A DNA stretch of 63,823 bases, counting the filler, from an uncultured bacterium (GTDB lineage: Bacteria > CAYJRR01): assembly GCA_964372275.1 (NCBI GenBank). It is 3 parts of 3 records of this genome, joined end to end, with 100 filler letters (N's around TTAATTAATTAA, not from the genome) between each part and the next. Parts side by side here need not be neighbours in the genome. Positions count along the whole stretch, not along the records: positions 26,374 to 52,235 come from CAYJRR010000066.1; 2 more parts are not named here. One strand, 5' to 3'. Below the pieces are notes generated by a model. The model was not told the origin of the DNA. It saw only the letters and a program-made list of their open reading frames with translations, and made no database searches. Shown piece by piece: positions 41,996 through 50,136 of this stretch (its first letter is position 1; the number at the start of each line of letters is the position of its first letter). The position numbers and the translations under genes are program-made.

Positions 41996-42014
41996 CGCCG
42001 CCGGAGGATCACGG

Positions 42015-42713
42015 ATGTCCGCACGTCTGCTGGGAGTGGCCGCCATCTCGTCACTGCTGCTCGGGTCGCTGGCCCCCCGGCCGGCTTCGGCGGAGGAGTC
42101 GCTCTCCGACGACCCCGCGATCCGGTTTCTCGACTCGGTCGACGGAGAATACGGCCGGCCGGCCTCGCCCACGGAACGGAAGCTCCGGGCCACCCTCGAG
42201 AATCTGGCCGCGGCCGGCGAGTCGGCGGGCGGATTCGAAGCGCCCCCCGATTCGGCCGGCGCCGCCCCCGACGAGAACGACGACACCCAGTACACCGCCC
42301 TGCAGGAGCTCCTGGCCAAGATGTCGCCGCTCGAGCGGGTCAAGGCCGGGGTCTGGTTCCTGGTGATCCGGCCCAAGACGCCGCACCGCGAGGAGGTGAC
42401 GGCGATGATCGACACCAGCGCCGCGGGGTTGAGCCCGAACGAGCGGGCCGAATTCAACGAGTACATGAACGTCCGCCGGAGCCTGATCGGCTCGGACTAC
42501 GACATGCGGATCGAGCGCTGGACCGCGTACGCCAAGCAGAAACCGCAGGGGCTGTTCGCCGAGCTGTCGAAGCGCGAGGTGCAGCACATCCAGACGCTCC
42601 AGCAGGACAAGTCGGCCGAGCGGAAATCCGGCGCGTTCCGGATGCTGGTGAAGATCGGCATCGTGAGCGTGGTCTTGCTGCTGCTGGTGGTCATCGCGCT
42701 GGGCGCGATGTAG
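42015..42713 (+). CDS. Hypothetical exported protein with C-terminal TM
   Basis: Signal peptide, GC3-rich codons, C-terminal hydrophobic helix. Confidence 0.6.
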   Translation: MSARLLGVAAISSLLLGSLAPRPASAEESLSDDPAIRFLDSVDGEYGRPASPTERKLRATLENLAAAGESAGGFEAPPDSAGAAPDENDDTQYTALQELLAKMSPLERVKAGVWFLVIRPKTPHREEVTAMIDTSAAGLSPNERAEFNEYMNVRRSLIGSDYDMRIERWTAYAKQKPQGLFAELSKREVQHIQTLQQDKSAERKSGAFRMLVKIGIVSVVLLLLVVIALGAM

Positions 42714-43104
42714 CGCGCCGAGGGTAGTGCGAGAGACCGACGCGATTCCCCTCCGGGTCGCGCAAGTACAGGGTGTAGTCGGTCCGGTCCTCGATCGCGA
42801 TCCCCATCGCCGCGAGTCGCCGCTCGACGCGTGTACGGGACGAGGGCGCGATCGCCAGCGCCACCAGGTGCCACCCCGGGCCGGCCGCCGACATCCTTGC
42901 GCGGCCGTGCCGCCGGACCGCCTTCTCCAGCATCAAGAGCCCCGTGCGCCCGAGCGCCAACCACACGCTACGCGGCTGCCCACGCTCATCGCGCCAGCGA
43001 CGCAGCACCCGAAGACCGAGGACGCGGCGGTAGAACGATTCGGCGGCCGCGAGGTCCACGACCTTGAGCGCGACGTGGTGCATCGAGCCGTCGGTGAGGG
43101 CCAT
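42691..43104 (-). CDS. VOC / glyoxalase family protein
   Basis: 'HHVALKVVDLAAAESFYRRVLGL', 'LYLRDPEGNRV'. Confidence 0.88.
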   Translation of the reverse strand: MALTDGSMHHVALKVVDLAAAESFYRRVLGLRVLRRWRDERGQPRSVWLALGRTGLLMLEKAVRRHGRARMSAAGPGWHLVALAIAPSSRTRVERRLAAMGIAIEDRTDYTLYLRDPEGNRVGLSHYPRRATSRPAR

Positions 43105-43127
43105 CGGCGAAGGGCGACGCTCGAAGG

Positions 43128-43493
43128 TCAGTTGGCGATGCGCCGGATGTCGAGCCGGGGCCGCGCGAAGTTCAGGATCAGGCCGACCGCCTTGCCGGTG
43201 GCCCGCAGCAAGGCGACCGATTCGGCGATCGTCGCCTCGTCGATCTCGACCGTCTGCGGGATCACCAGGACGACGTCCTCCACCAGGAACGGCGCGCGCC
43301 GCTCGCCCAGCACCGTCTCGCGGTAGACGACCTTGAACGGGACGTCGGCGACGAACGGCAAACCGCTCTTCTCCAGCTCCACCGCGAGCGCCTTGGCGTA
43401 GAGCTCGCGCGATAGCCCGGGCCCGAGCGCCTTGTGGACGTCGATCGCGCAGCGAATGATCCGCTCCGTGCGATCCGCGTGCTTCATCTCCAT
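43128..43493 (-). CDS. GxxExxY-family (PD-(D/E)XK-fold) protein with degenerate motifs
   Basis: 'IIRCAIDVHKALGPGLSRELYAKAL', 'VVYR', 'FLVEDVV', 'LRATGKAVGLILNF'. Confidence 0.8.
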   Translation of the reverse strand: MEMKHADRTERIIRCAIDVHKALGPGLSRELYAKALAVELEKSGLPFVADVPFKVVYRETVLGERRAPFLVEDVVLVIPQTVEIDEATIAESVALLRATGKAVGLILNFARPRLDIRRIAN

Positions 43494-43510
43494 CGAAGCG
43501 CTCCCGCCTT

Positions 43511-44578
43511 TCAACTGTACGTCACGCCCTTCGGGCGCCCGGGGGCCTCCCCCGGCCCCCCTGCACCGCGCGCTTCGCCGCCCAACGCGAGGGAGCTCCG
43601 AAACCACGCGATCGTCCTGCGAAGTCCCTCTTCGAGGTCGACGATCCGATTGTACCCCAGGATCGCCCCGGCTCTCTCCACCGACGCCAGCGAGTGCCGG
43701 ATGTCTCCCGCCCGCGCGGGCTCGTGCATCACCTTCGATCCGCTGCCGGTGAGGCGCAGCACCAGGGCCGCCAGTTCGTTGACCGTCACGCGCCGGCCGC
43801 CGGCGATGTTGATCGCCTTTCCCACCGCCCCTGCCGCGAAGCAGGAGCCGACGTTCGCCCGGACGACGTTGGTGACGAAGGTGAAGTCGCGCGTCTGTTC
43901 GCCGTCGCCGTAGATCCGGATCGGCCCGCCGGAGGTCGCGGCGGAGACGAAGTTGGGGATCACCGCCGCGTATTGCGAGCTCGGGTCCTGCCGCGGACCG
44001 AAGACGTTGAAGTAGCGGAGCGCCACCGTGGGAAGGCCGTAGACCCCGTGGAAGACGCGCGCGTAGTGCTCGGTCGCCGCCTTGCTGACGGCGTACGGCG
44101 ACAGCGGTTCGAGGGCCAGCTCCTCGTGTTTGGGCAGGGTGGGCGTCTCGCCGTAGATCGACGACGAGGAGGCGACCACCACCCGCTTCGCCTTCGCGTC
44201 CCGCGCGGCGAGCAGCACGTTCAGCGTCCCCTCGACGTTGACGCGATTGGTCGTCTCGGGATCGGCGATCGACCGAGGCACCGACGGAACGGCGGCCTGG
44301 TGCAGGACGTAGTCGACCCCCCGCATCGCCGCACGCACCGCCTGCGCGTCCCGGACGTCGCCGTCGACCAGGTCGGGCTCGCGCCCGGCGGCGATCCGGA
44401 CCTCCTCCAGGTTCTCCCGCCGGCCCGAGAGGAAGTTGTCGAGGATCCGCACCTTCGCCCCTTCGAGGAGCAGGTGCTCGACGAGGCTGGAGCCGATGAA
44501 GCCGGCGCCGCCGGTGACGAGGAACTGCGCGCCGTTTACGCCGGGATAATCGCTGAGGAGCCGCTCCGCCACGGTCAT
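43511..44578 (-). CDS. NAD-dependent nucleotide-sugar epimerase (WbpP/TviC-like SDR)
   Basis: 'VTGGAGFIGS', 'HQAAVPSVPRS', 'SSSSIYG', YxxxK 'YAVSK', 'RYFNVFGPRQ', 'GDGEQTRDF'. Confidence 0.93.
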   Translation of the reverse strand: MTVAERLLSDYPGVNGAQFLVTGGAGFIGSSLVEHLLLEGAKVRILDNFLSGRRENLEEVRIAAGREPDLVDGDVRDAQAVRAAMRGVDYVLHQAAVPSVPRSIADPETTNRVNVEGTLNVLLAARDAKAKRVVVASSSSIYGETPTLPKHEELALEPLSPYAVSKAATEHYARVFHGVYGLPTVALRYFNVFGPRQDPSSQYAAVIPNFVSAATSGGPIRIYGDGEQTRDFTFVTNVVRANVGSCFAAGAVGKAINIAGGRRVTVNELAALVLRLTGSGSKVMHEPARAGDIRHSLASVERAGAILGYNRIVDLEEGLRRTIAWFRSSLALGGEARGAGGPGEAPGRPKGVTYS

Positions 44579-46935
44579 CGCCCTCCGCCGAACGGCGACC
44601 TTAGTCTCTCCGCGCCGCCCCCGCCAGCGCGGAGCGTACGCAGGCAGCTCTCGAGCTCCGCGCACAGCTCACGGCAGCTCGGATACCGGTCGTCGGCGCG
44701 CTTTTCGGTCATCTTGTGGAGGATCCGAACCACTTCGTCGGGCACGTCGGGCCGCGCCTGCCGGACGTCCGGCAGCGCCTCCTTCATCTGCTTCATCAGC
44801 ACCGCGACGGTGTCGTCGGCGCGGAAGGGGAGCTTCCCGGTGAGGACGCGGTAGAGGGTGATCCCCAGCGAATAGATGTCGCTGCGAAGGTCGACCTGTT
44901 TCCCCATCCCCTGCTCCGGGCTCATGTAGTCGGCGGTGCCGACGATCTCCTTCTCCCCGGTGAGCCCCTCCTCCCCCTTGAAGATCTTGGCGATCCCGAA
45001 GTCGATGATCTTCGCCGTTCCGTCCTTGGTGAGGAGGATGTTCGACGTCTTGATGTCCCGGTGCACCACCTGCCGCACGTGCGCCGCGTCGAGGCCGCGC
45101 GCCACCTGCACGATCACCTCCAGCGCATCGACGACCGGGAGCGGGCCGTCGTTCCGGATGCGGTGCGACAGGCTCGTGCCGTCGACGTACTCCATCACGA
45201 TGTAGGGGATGTCCCCTTCGGCGGCGACGGCGTAGACCTGCACGACGTTGGGATGGTCGATCTGGCCGACGGCCTTGGCCTCCACCTGGAAGCGCTTCAG
45301 CAGTTTGGCGCTGTAGCGGGTGAGGACCTTGATCGCCACCACCCGGCCGAGCGCCTCGTCGTAGGCACGGAAGACGAGCCCCATCCCCCCTTCGTCGATC
45401 AGGTTCATCAGGCGGTAGTGCTTCCCGATGTAGGTGTTCTCCAGCTTCTCGATGTCGCGCAGGCTCTCGATGAACCGGCCGTAGTCGACGTTCCGCCGGA
45501 GCACTTCGGCCGCGTCGGTCGGGCTCGCGGTCGCGTCCGCCGCCGCCTTCTGCGCCGCCCGCTCCTTCAGCGCCTGGTTCTGCAGCGCGCGAAGCGTGAA
45601 CATCAGGTCGACCCGCTCGCGCTCCTCGATCCAGGTCCGCCAGACGACCACCCCCGCGCCGCCGACCGTGGCGAACACCGCCGCGGGGGCGAGGGGCACC
45701 ATCAACGATGCGGCGTTGAACAGCGAGAAGGCGACGACGAACAGACCGAAGACGAGCGAAAGCCAGGCGACCGCCAGGCGGTAGCTGCGCCAGCGGAGCG
45801 AGAAGGCGAGCATCGCCGCCGCCAGCGAGGCGAACAGAAGCAGGCTCGTCCAGCGGGGCGGCACGTGGACGTGGTCGGCCTGGAGGATGGTGTTCAACGC
45901 CTCGGCGTTGATCAGGCCTCCCGGGAAGTTCGTCGCCGTCGGGGTGGAGTGCACGTCGCCGGAGCTCTCGGCGAGGTAGATGAGCGGCACGCGGTCCTTC
46001 ACCTTCGGCCGCGCGCGCGGATCCCCCTCCAGCGCGCCCCGCAGCTGGTAGAGGCTCTGGAAGCGGGCGGCGATCAATCCAGCTCGCGCATAGTGCACCA
46101 GCATCCGCCCGCCACGATCGACCGGAATCCGCACGTCCCTCTTCGCCTCGCCCGGTCCGGCCGCGCCGGGGATCACCAATCGGGCGGGCTCAACGCGGAG
46201 CGCGGACGGTTCGACGCCGTACCAGCGGCAAGCCAACATCAGCGGAAGGCTGGGCAGCCAGCGGGCCGGGCCTCCCGCCGACGGGCGATAGCGAAAGAGG
46301 AGAGGAACGCGCCGCACCTTTCCGTCGCGATCCTTGGTCGTCGTCGCCAGGCCCAACGATGGGAAGCGGTCGATGAGCGAGGAGATCGGCAGGAACAGTC
46401 GAGCCGCCTCGGGGGCCTCCGGGAGGTGGAGGTCGGCCCCTTCGATCGCGACCGGCACGCGCGCCTCGAACCGTTCGATCGACCGCCGAACGTCCTCCGT
46501 CCGTTCCTCGTTCGGATCGGCGATCGGCAGCGCGCCGTAGGCCGTCACGACCGCCGTCGCCCGGGCGATCTCTTCCGCGAACGCCGCGTCCTCCTCCGGC
46601 GTCGTGAAGCTGCGGTAGGTGATGTCGAGGAGCACGACCCTCGCCCCGGCCTCGCTCAACGATCGGGCCACGCCGGCGAGCACCGGCCGGGGCCACGGCC
46701 ACCGGCCCATCCGGTCGATCGACGCCTCGTCGATCGGGTACGGGAGGAGCCGGTCGCTCGCGATCTTGGCCGGTCCCCCCTTGGCCCGCAGGTCATAGAG
46801 GAACAGCTCCATCCCTTCCAGCGCGCCCGCCCAGGTGGCGAGCAGGGTCAGGAGCAGGGCGCCGCCGAGGATCGAGCCGGGAACGGCGATCCGCGCCAGG
46901 AGCGGTTTGGTCTGACCGGCTCTCGCGTCCGCCAC
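44575..46935 (-). CDS. CHASE2-sensor Ser/Thr protein kinase
   Basis: CHASE2 'IDEASIDRMGRWPWPR', 'DRDGKVRR', 'PGGLINAEALNTIL', then 3 TM helices; kinase 'GGMGLVF', 'VAIK', 'HRDIKTSN', 'DFG', 'YMSPEQ'. Confidence 0.92.
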   Translation of the reverse strand: MADARAGQTKPLLARIAVPGSILGGALLLTLLATWAGALEGMELFLYDLRAKGGPAKIASDRLLPYPIDEASIDRMGRWPWPRPVLAGVARSLSEAGARVVLLDITYRSFTTPEEDAAFAEEIARATAVVTAYGALPIADPNEERTEDVRRSIERFEARVPVAIEGADLHLPEAPEAARLFLPISSLIDRFPSLGLATTTKDRDGKVRRVPLLFRYRPSAGGPARWLPSLPLMLACRWYGVEPSALRVEPARLVIPGAAGPGEAKRDVRIPVDRGGRMLVHYARAGLIAARFQSLYQLRGALEGDPRARPKVKDRVPLIYLAESSGDVHSTPTATNFPGGLINAEALNTILQADHVHVPPRWTSLLLFASLAAAMLAFSLRWRSYRLAVAWLSLVFGLFVVAFSLFNAASLMVPLAPAAVFATVGGAGVVVWRTWIEERERVDLMFTLRALQNQALKERAAQKAAADATASPTDAAEVLRRNVDYGRFIESLRDIEKLENTYIGKHYRLMNLIDEGGMGLVFRAYDEALGRVVAIKVLTRYSAKLLKRFQVEAKAVGQIDHPNVVQVYAVAAEGDIPYIVMEYVDGTSLSHRIRNDGPLPVVDALEVIVQVARGLDAAHVRQVVHRDIKTSNILLTKDGTAKIIDFGIAKIFKGEEGLTGEKEIVGTADYMSPEQGMGKQVDLRSDIYSLGITLYRVLTGKLPFRADDTVAVLMKQMKEALPDVRQARPDVPDEVVRILHKMTEKRADDRYPSCRELCAELESCLRTLRAGGGGAERLRSPFGGGR

Positions 46936-46951
46936 GACCGCCAGTATTGCA

Positions 46952-47335
46952 TCACTCCGGCGTGATGCGCAGGACGACGGCGTCGTCGAGGGTCGCCTCC
47001 CTCGCCGCCGCGTCGCGCGCGTGCAGGTCGAGCCGATAGCGCCCGGCCGGAAATCCCTGCAGCGCGCGGACCGGGACGGCCGCCGTCCAGCGGGTATCGC
47101 CCGTCCGCATCATCTCCATGCGGAGCGGCGCCTCCTCGCAGTCGACCCACACCTCGGCGATCTCCTGGACGTGTCCGGTCACGGTGGCGGCAATCCGTAT
47201 CGGCTCGGCGGAGCCGCTGTTCAGCGGGATGTCCTCCGGCACGAGCGAGACGTCGTCGATCCGGATCGGCGGGAACGGCCCGCCGCATCCGATGAGCACC
47301 GCACAGAGGAGCCACCGTACGCCCAGCGCTCGCAT
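46952..47335 (-). CDS. Small Ig-like lipoprotein
   Basis: 'LLCAVLIGC' lipobox; all-beta pattern 'GRYRLDLHARD'. Confidence 0.6.
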   Translation of the reverse strand: MRALGVRWLLCAVLIGCGGPFPPIRIDDVSLVPEDIPLNSGSAEPIRIAATVTGHVQEIAEVWVDCEEAPLRMEMMRTGDTRWTAAVPVRALQGFPAGRYRLDLHARDAAAREATLDDAVVLRITPE

Positions 47336-47397
47336 CGCGATCCCATCGTACCGTACAATTTTCGACGACGACGTCGCTCACGACCCGCGGAGGCCCC

Positions 47398-48192
47398 GTG
47401 ACCCATGCCCTGCGCCGACTTGCGGCGCTCGCTCTCCTGCTCGCCGCCCTCCCCGCGCTCGCGTCGGAGCCGACGCCGGCGCTCCAGGTCGTCCGCCTCA
47501 AGCCCGCCGCCAGCCGCGAGACCGAGACGGTCACCGCGCTCCTGCGGCGAATCTCCGACAAAACGACGGACGAGGTCGACGACCGGAAGGACTTCGAACG
47601 GATCGTCGCCATGCGCGAGCGGGCGGTGGCCGCGCTGGGGGAGGTGCTCCGCGATCCGGACGCCCGCTACGACAACCGATGGGTCGCCGCCCGTGCCCTC
47701 GGCCGCATCGGAGGGGAGGCGGCGCTCAAGAGCCTCCGGAGCGCGCTGGCCGAGGACCGGTTTTCGATGATCCGCCTGGCGGCGATCCACGGTCTCAAGG
47801 ACCTGAACGACGCCGCGTCGTTGGACGCCTTCGTCAAGGCTCTCGGCGACGAGGCGATGGTCGTCCGCAGCGCCGCCGCCGACGCGCTTGGGGTCCTGGG
47901 CGATGCGCGAGCCGCGCCGGCCCTGATCGCGGCGCTCGATCGCGAGGACAACTTCTATCGCGGCCGGAGTCTCTGGGTACGCCGCCACGTCGTCTCCGCG
48001 TTGGGGGCGATCCAGAGCCGGACGGCGCTTCCGGTGCTGATCAAGGCGCTGGACGACCCCGACCCGTCGGTCGGTCGGGAGGCCGTCGCGTCGCTCGAGC
48101 GCCTCACCCAGGTCCTGCCGCGTCCCCCCACCGAGAAGACCGCCGCCTCCTGGAAGTCCTGGTGGGAAGCGAACAAGAAGGACTACCTGTAG
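47398..48192 (+). CDS. Exported HEAT-repeat protein
   Basis: Signal peptide; repeats 'RWVAARALGRIG', 'VRSAAADALGVLGD', 'LIKALDDPDPSV'; 'WKSWW' ending. Confidence 0.85.
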   Translation: MTHALRRLAALALLLAALPALASEPTPALQVVRLKPAASRETETVTALLRRISDKTTDEVDDRKDFERIVAMRERAVAALGEVLRDPDARYDNRWVAARALGRIGGEAALKSLRSALAEDRFSMIRLAAIHGLKDLNDAASLDAFVKALGDEAMVVRSAAADALGVLGDARAAPALIAALDREDNFYRGRSLWVRRHVVSALGAIQSRTALPVLIKALDDPDPSVGREAVASLERLTQVLPRPPTEKTAASWKSWWEANKKDYL

Positions 48193-48258
48193 TCGGATCC
48201 CGAGCCGACCCGGATCGGAAGCGGAATCCGTAGCCGATTCGAGCCGATCGGATTCGAC
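48192..48258. repeat. Short degenerate CCGA/TCGG-unit repeat patch related to the array at 25881
   Basis: tcggat ccgag ccgac ccggat cggaa gcggaat ccgtag ccgatt cgag ccgat cggatt; shares gaatccgtagccg with 25889-25901. Confidence 0.55.
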
Positions 48259-48326
48259 TCTGGTGTCCGCGTCCGATGATGTAAAGTTTTGATGTATCTG
48301 TTTTTATATATTTATAGGAGGCGCCG

Positions 48327-48695
48327 GTGGCGCGACTGCTGGTGGAGATCGACGACGGCCTCAAGCGCGAGCTGAAGATCCGGCTGATCCGCGAAGGGGT
48401 GACCCTCAAGGCGTGGCTGACAAGCGCCGCCGACGCCTACGTCCGCGGGTCCGGGCCGCCGCTCGACGAGCGCCCGCGGTCGGCGGGGCCGCTCTCGCCA
48501 CCGCGGCGCAGCCGCCATTCCCCGGTCGCAGCGCCACCGGACGAGCGCCGGCCCGCGGATCCCGTCTCGTTCGAGCCGCCGCGCCCACCGCGCCGATCGG
48601 CTGCGGACGTATCGGTTCCGGTTCGCGCGCCGACCGAGCCGATCGCCGCGCCACCGATCCGGCGGCGGCCGCCGGTCGACGACTACCTCGACTGA
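48327..48695 (+). CDS. Ribbon-helix-helix (ParG/CopG-like) protein with a Pro-rich tail
   Basis: RBS aggagg; 'MARLLVEIDDGLKRELKIRLIREGVTLKAWLTSAADAYV'; AT-rich upstream region. Confidence 0.65.
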   Translation: MARLLVEIDDGLKRELKIRLIREGVTLKAWLTSAADAYVRGSGPPLDERPRSAGPLSPPRRSRHSPVAAPPDERRPADPVSFEPPRPPRRSAADVSVPVRAPTEPIAAPPIRRRPPVDDYLD

Positions 48696-48732
48696 CACCG
48701 TTCCATGAGCGCGGCCGGGGCACGCCGGCCCG

Positions 48733-49752
48733 CTACGGGGCGAGCGCCAGCGCGACGCAGGGTCGGGTGATGTCGTCGAGGGCCGAGGTGAACGGCTGCT
48801 CGAAGTACATCCGGTAGTCGTTGCCGTAGGAGAGCACGCTCGGACCCCGCTCGTCGGTGCGCACCGCCGGCTGGCCCGGGACCTCGATCGACTTCTGCGC
48901 GAGAACCGGGTTCTCGTCGTAGAGGGTCCAGAGCTCGCCGTCGAAGGAGCCGGCATAGCCGATGCTCGAGTCCTCCCCGGGCGGAAACGTTCCGAACAGC
49001 TGCCGGCCGGTAAACCAGATCTTGTAGACCGGCGGGCCGGGACGCGTGGTGTCGATCCCGGCGGCCGGTTGGCCGACCTCGAACGCGCTCCACCCTCGCC
49101 CGCGGACGTCGGCCGCCGTGAACAGGGGCCCCGCTCCCTTGGACCACGTGGCCCCGCCGTCGTCCGATTCCGCCTTGGCGATCGCGTCCGGCGCGACGCC
49201 GGCGTCGTAGTAGAGGATCCAAAGATCCCGGACCGGATCGCGGAACGGCTCCGGCCCCCCGACTCCGCCCCCTTCCCACACCGCGTCCGGAACGACCTCC
49301 GACAGCGTCGTCCACGTCTCCCCGTCCGTCGAATCGAACAGCGCGATGCGAGACCGGTCGGCGGCGGCCGCCGCCAGCAGGTAGTTCCCGTCATGGAGGG
49401 CGACGCCGGCCTCGCCCCACGGCCCCGCGTCGGGAAGGTCGATCGGGCCTTCGTCCGACCAGTCGTAGATGCCGTCACCGGCCGTCGCGAGACCGATCGA
49501 TCCGGCCGTCGTGGTGTACCAGAGCCGGTACCCCCCATCGGCCCGGACGACGGACGGCGCCCGGTAGTTCGACGACGCGCAGAGCACGAACGGCTCCCGG
49601 ATCGACGTCCCCGGCTTCTGCGGAAGTTTCCGCCAGCCGGTCACGCCGGCGGTCGGCAGGGCGTCACTCGTCGGGTCCCCGCCCAACGCCCCACACCCGA
49701 GGCCCGCGGAAATATACAAAGCTATCAATGTATAACGTGTAAAGTTCCACAT
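48733..49752 (-). CDS. Lipoprotein with a five-bladed beta-propeller glycosidase-like fold
   Basis: 'SAGLGC' lipobox; blades 'APSVV..YRLWY..SIGLAT', 'STDGETW', 'SDDGGATW', 'IGYAGSFDGELW', 'NPVL'. Confidence 0.7.
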   Translation of the reverse strand: MWNFTRYTLIALYISAGLGCGALGGDPTSDALPTAGVTGWRKLPQKPGTSIREPFVLCASSNYRAPSVVRADGGYRLWYTTTAGSIGLATAGDGIYDWSDEGPIDLPDAGPWGEAGVALHDGNYLLAAAAADRSRIALFDSTDGETWTTLSEVVPDAVWEGGGVGGPEPFRDPVRDLWILYYDAGVAPDAIAKAESDDGGATWSKGAGPLFTAADVRGRGWSAFEVGQPAAGIDTTRPGPPVYKIWFTGRQLFGTFPPGEDSSIGYAGSFDGELWTLYDENPVLAQKSIEVPGQPAVRTDERGPSVLSYGNDYRMYFEQPFTSALDDITRPCVALALAP

Positions 49753-49759
49753 TCGGATC

Positions 49760-50071
49760 TCACGGCGTTTTGGGCCCCTCCTCGTCGGGTCCCAGGGTTC
49801 GGCGAGGCCGCGGCGAATCGGAGGAACGATCGGGCGGACCGGAGGAGGCGGAAGACCGACCCGGCCCCCCGGACGAAGCGGACGGCGAATCGGTCCCGCC
49901 GGACGGCGCGCCGGGCGCAGTGGTGCCGGACGGCCACGGAGTCGCGGAGCCGGACGACGAGCGCCGCTCCACCTCCTCGATCTCCCGTGGCACGGCGCCT
50001 CGGTCCCCGGGCTGCGTCAGCTGCCGCAGCGCCCCCCGAAGAAGATTTCCCGCGCGCGAGAAGAAGCTCAT
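49760..50071 (-). CDS. Small hypothetical low-complexity protein
   Basis: MSFFSRAGNLLRGALRQL...; fills the space between co-directional genes. Confidence 0.35.
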   Translation of the reverse strand: MSFFSRAGNLLRGALRQLTQPGDRGAVPREIEEVERRSSSGSATPWPSGTTAPGAPSGGTDSPSASSGGPGRSSASSGPPDRSSDSPRPRRTLGPDEEGPKTP

Positions 50072-50136
50072 CGGCCGCGCATGATCCGCGCACCGACCGG
50101 CGATGGCAAGCCCCGCGCGACCTCCCCCGCCGTGGA

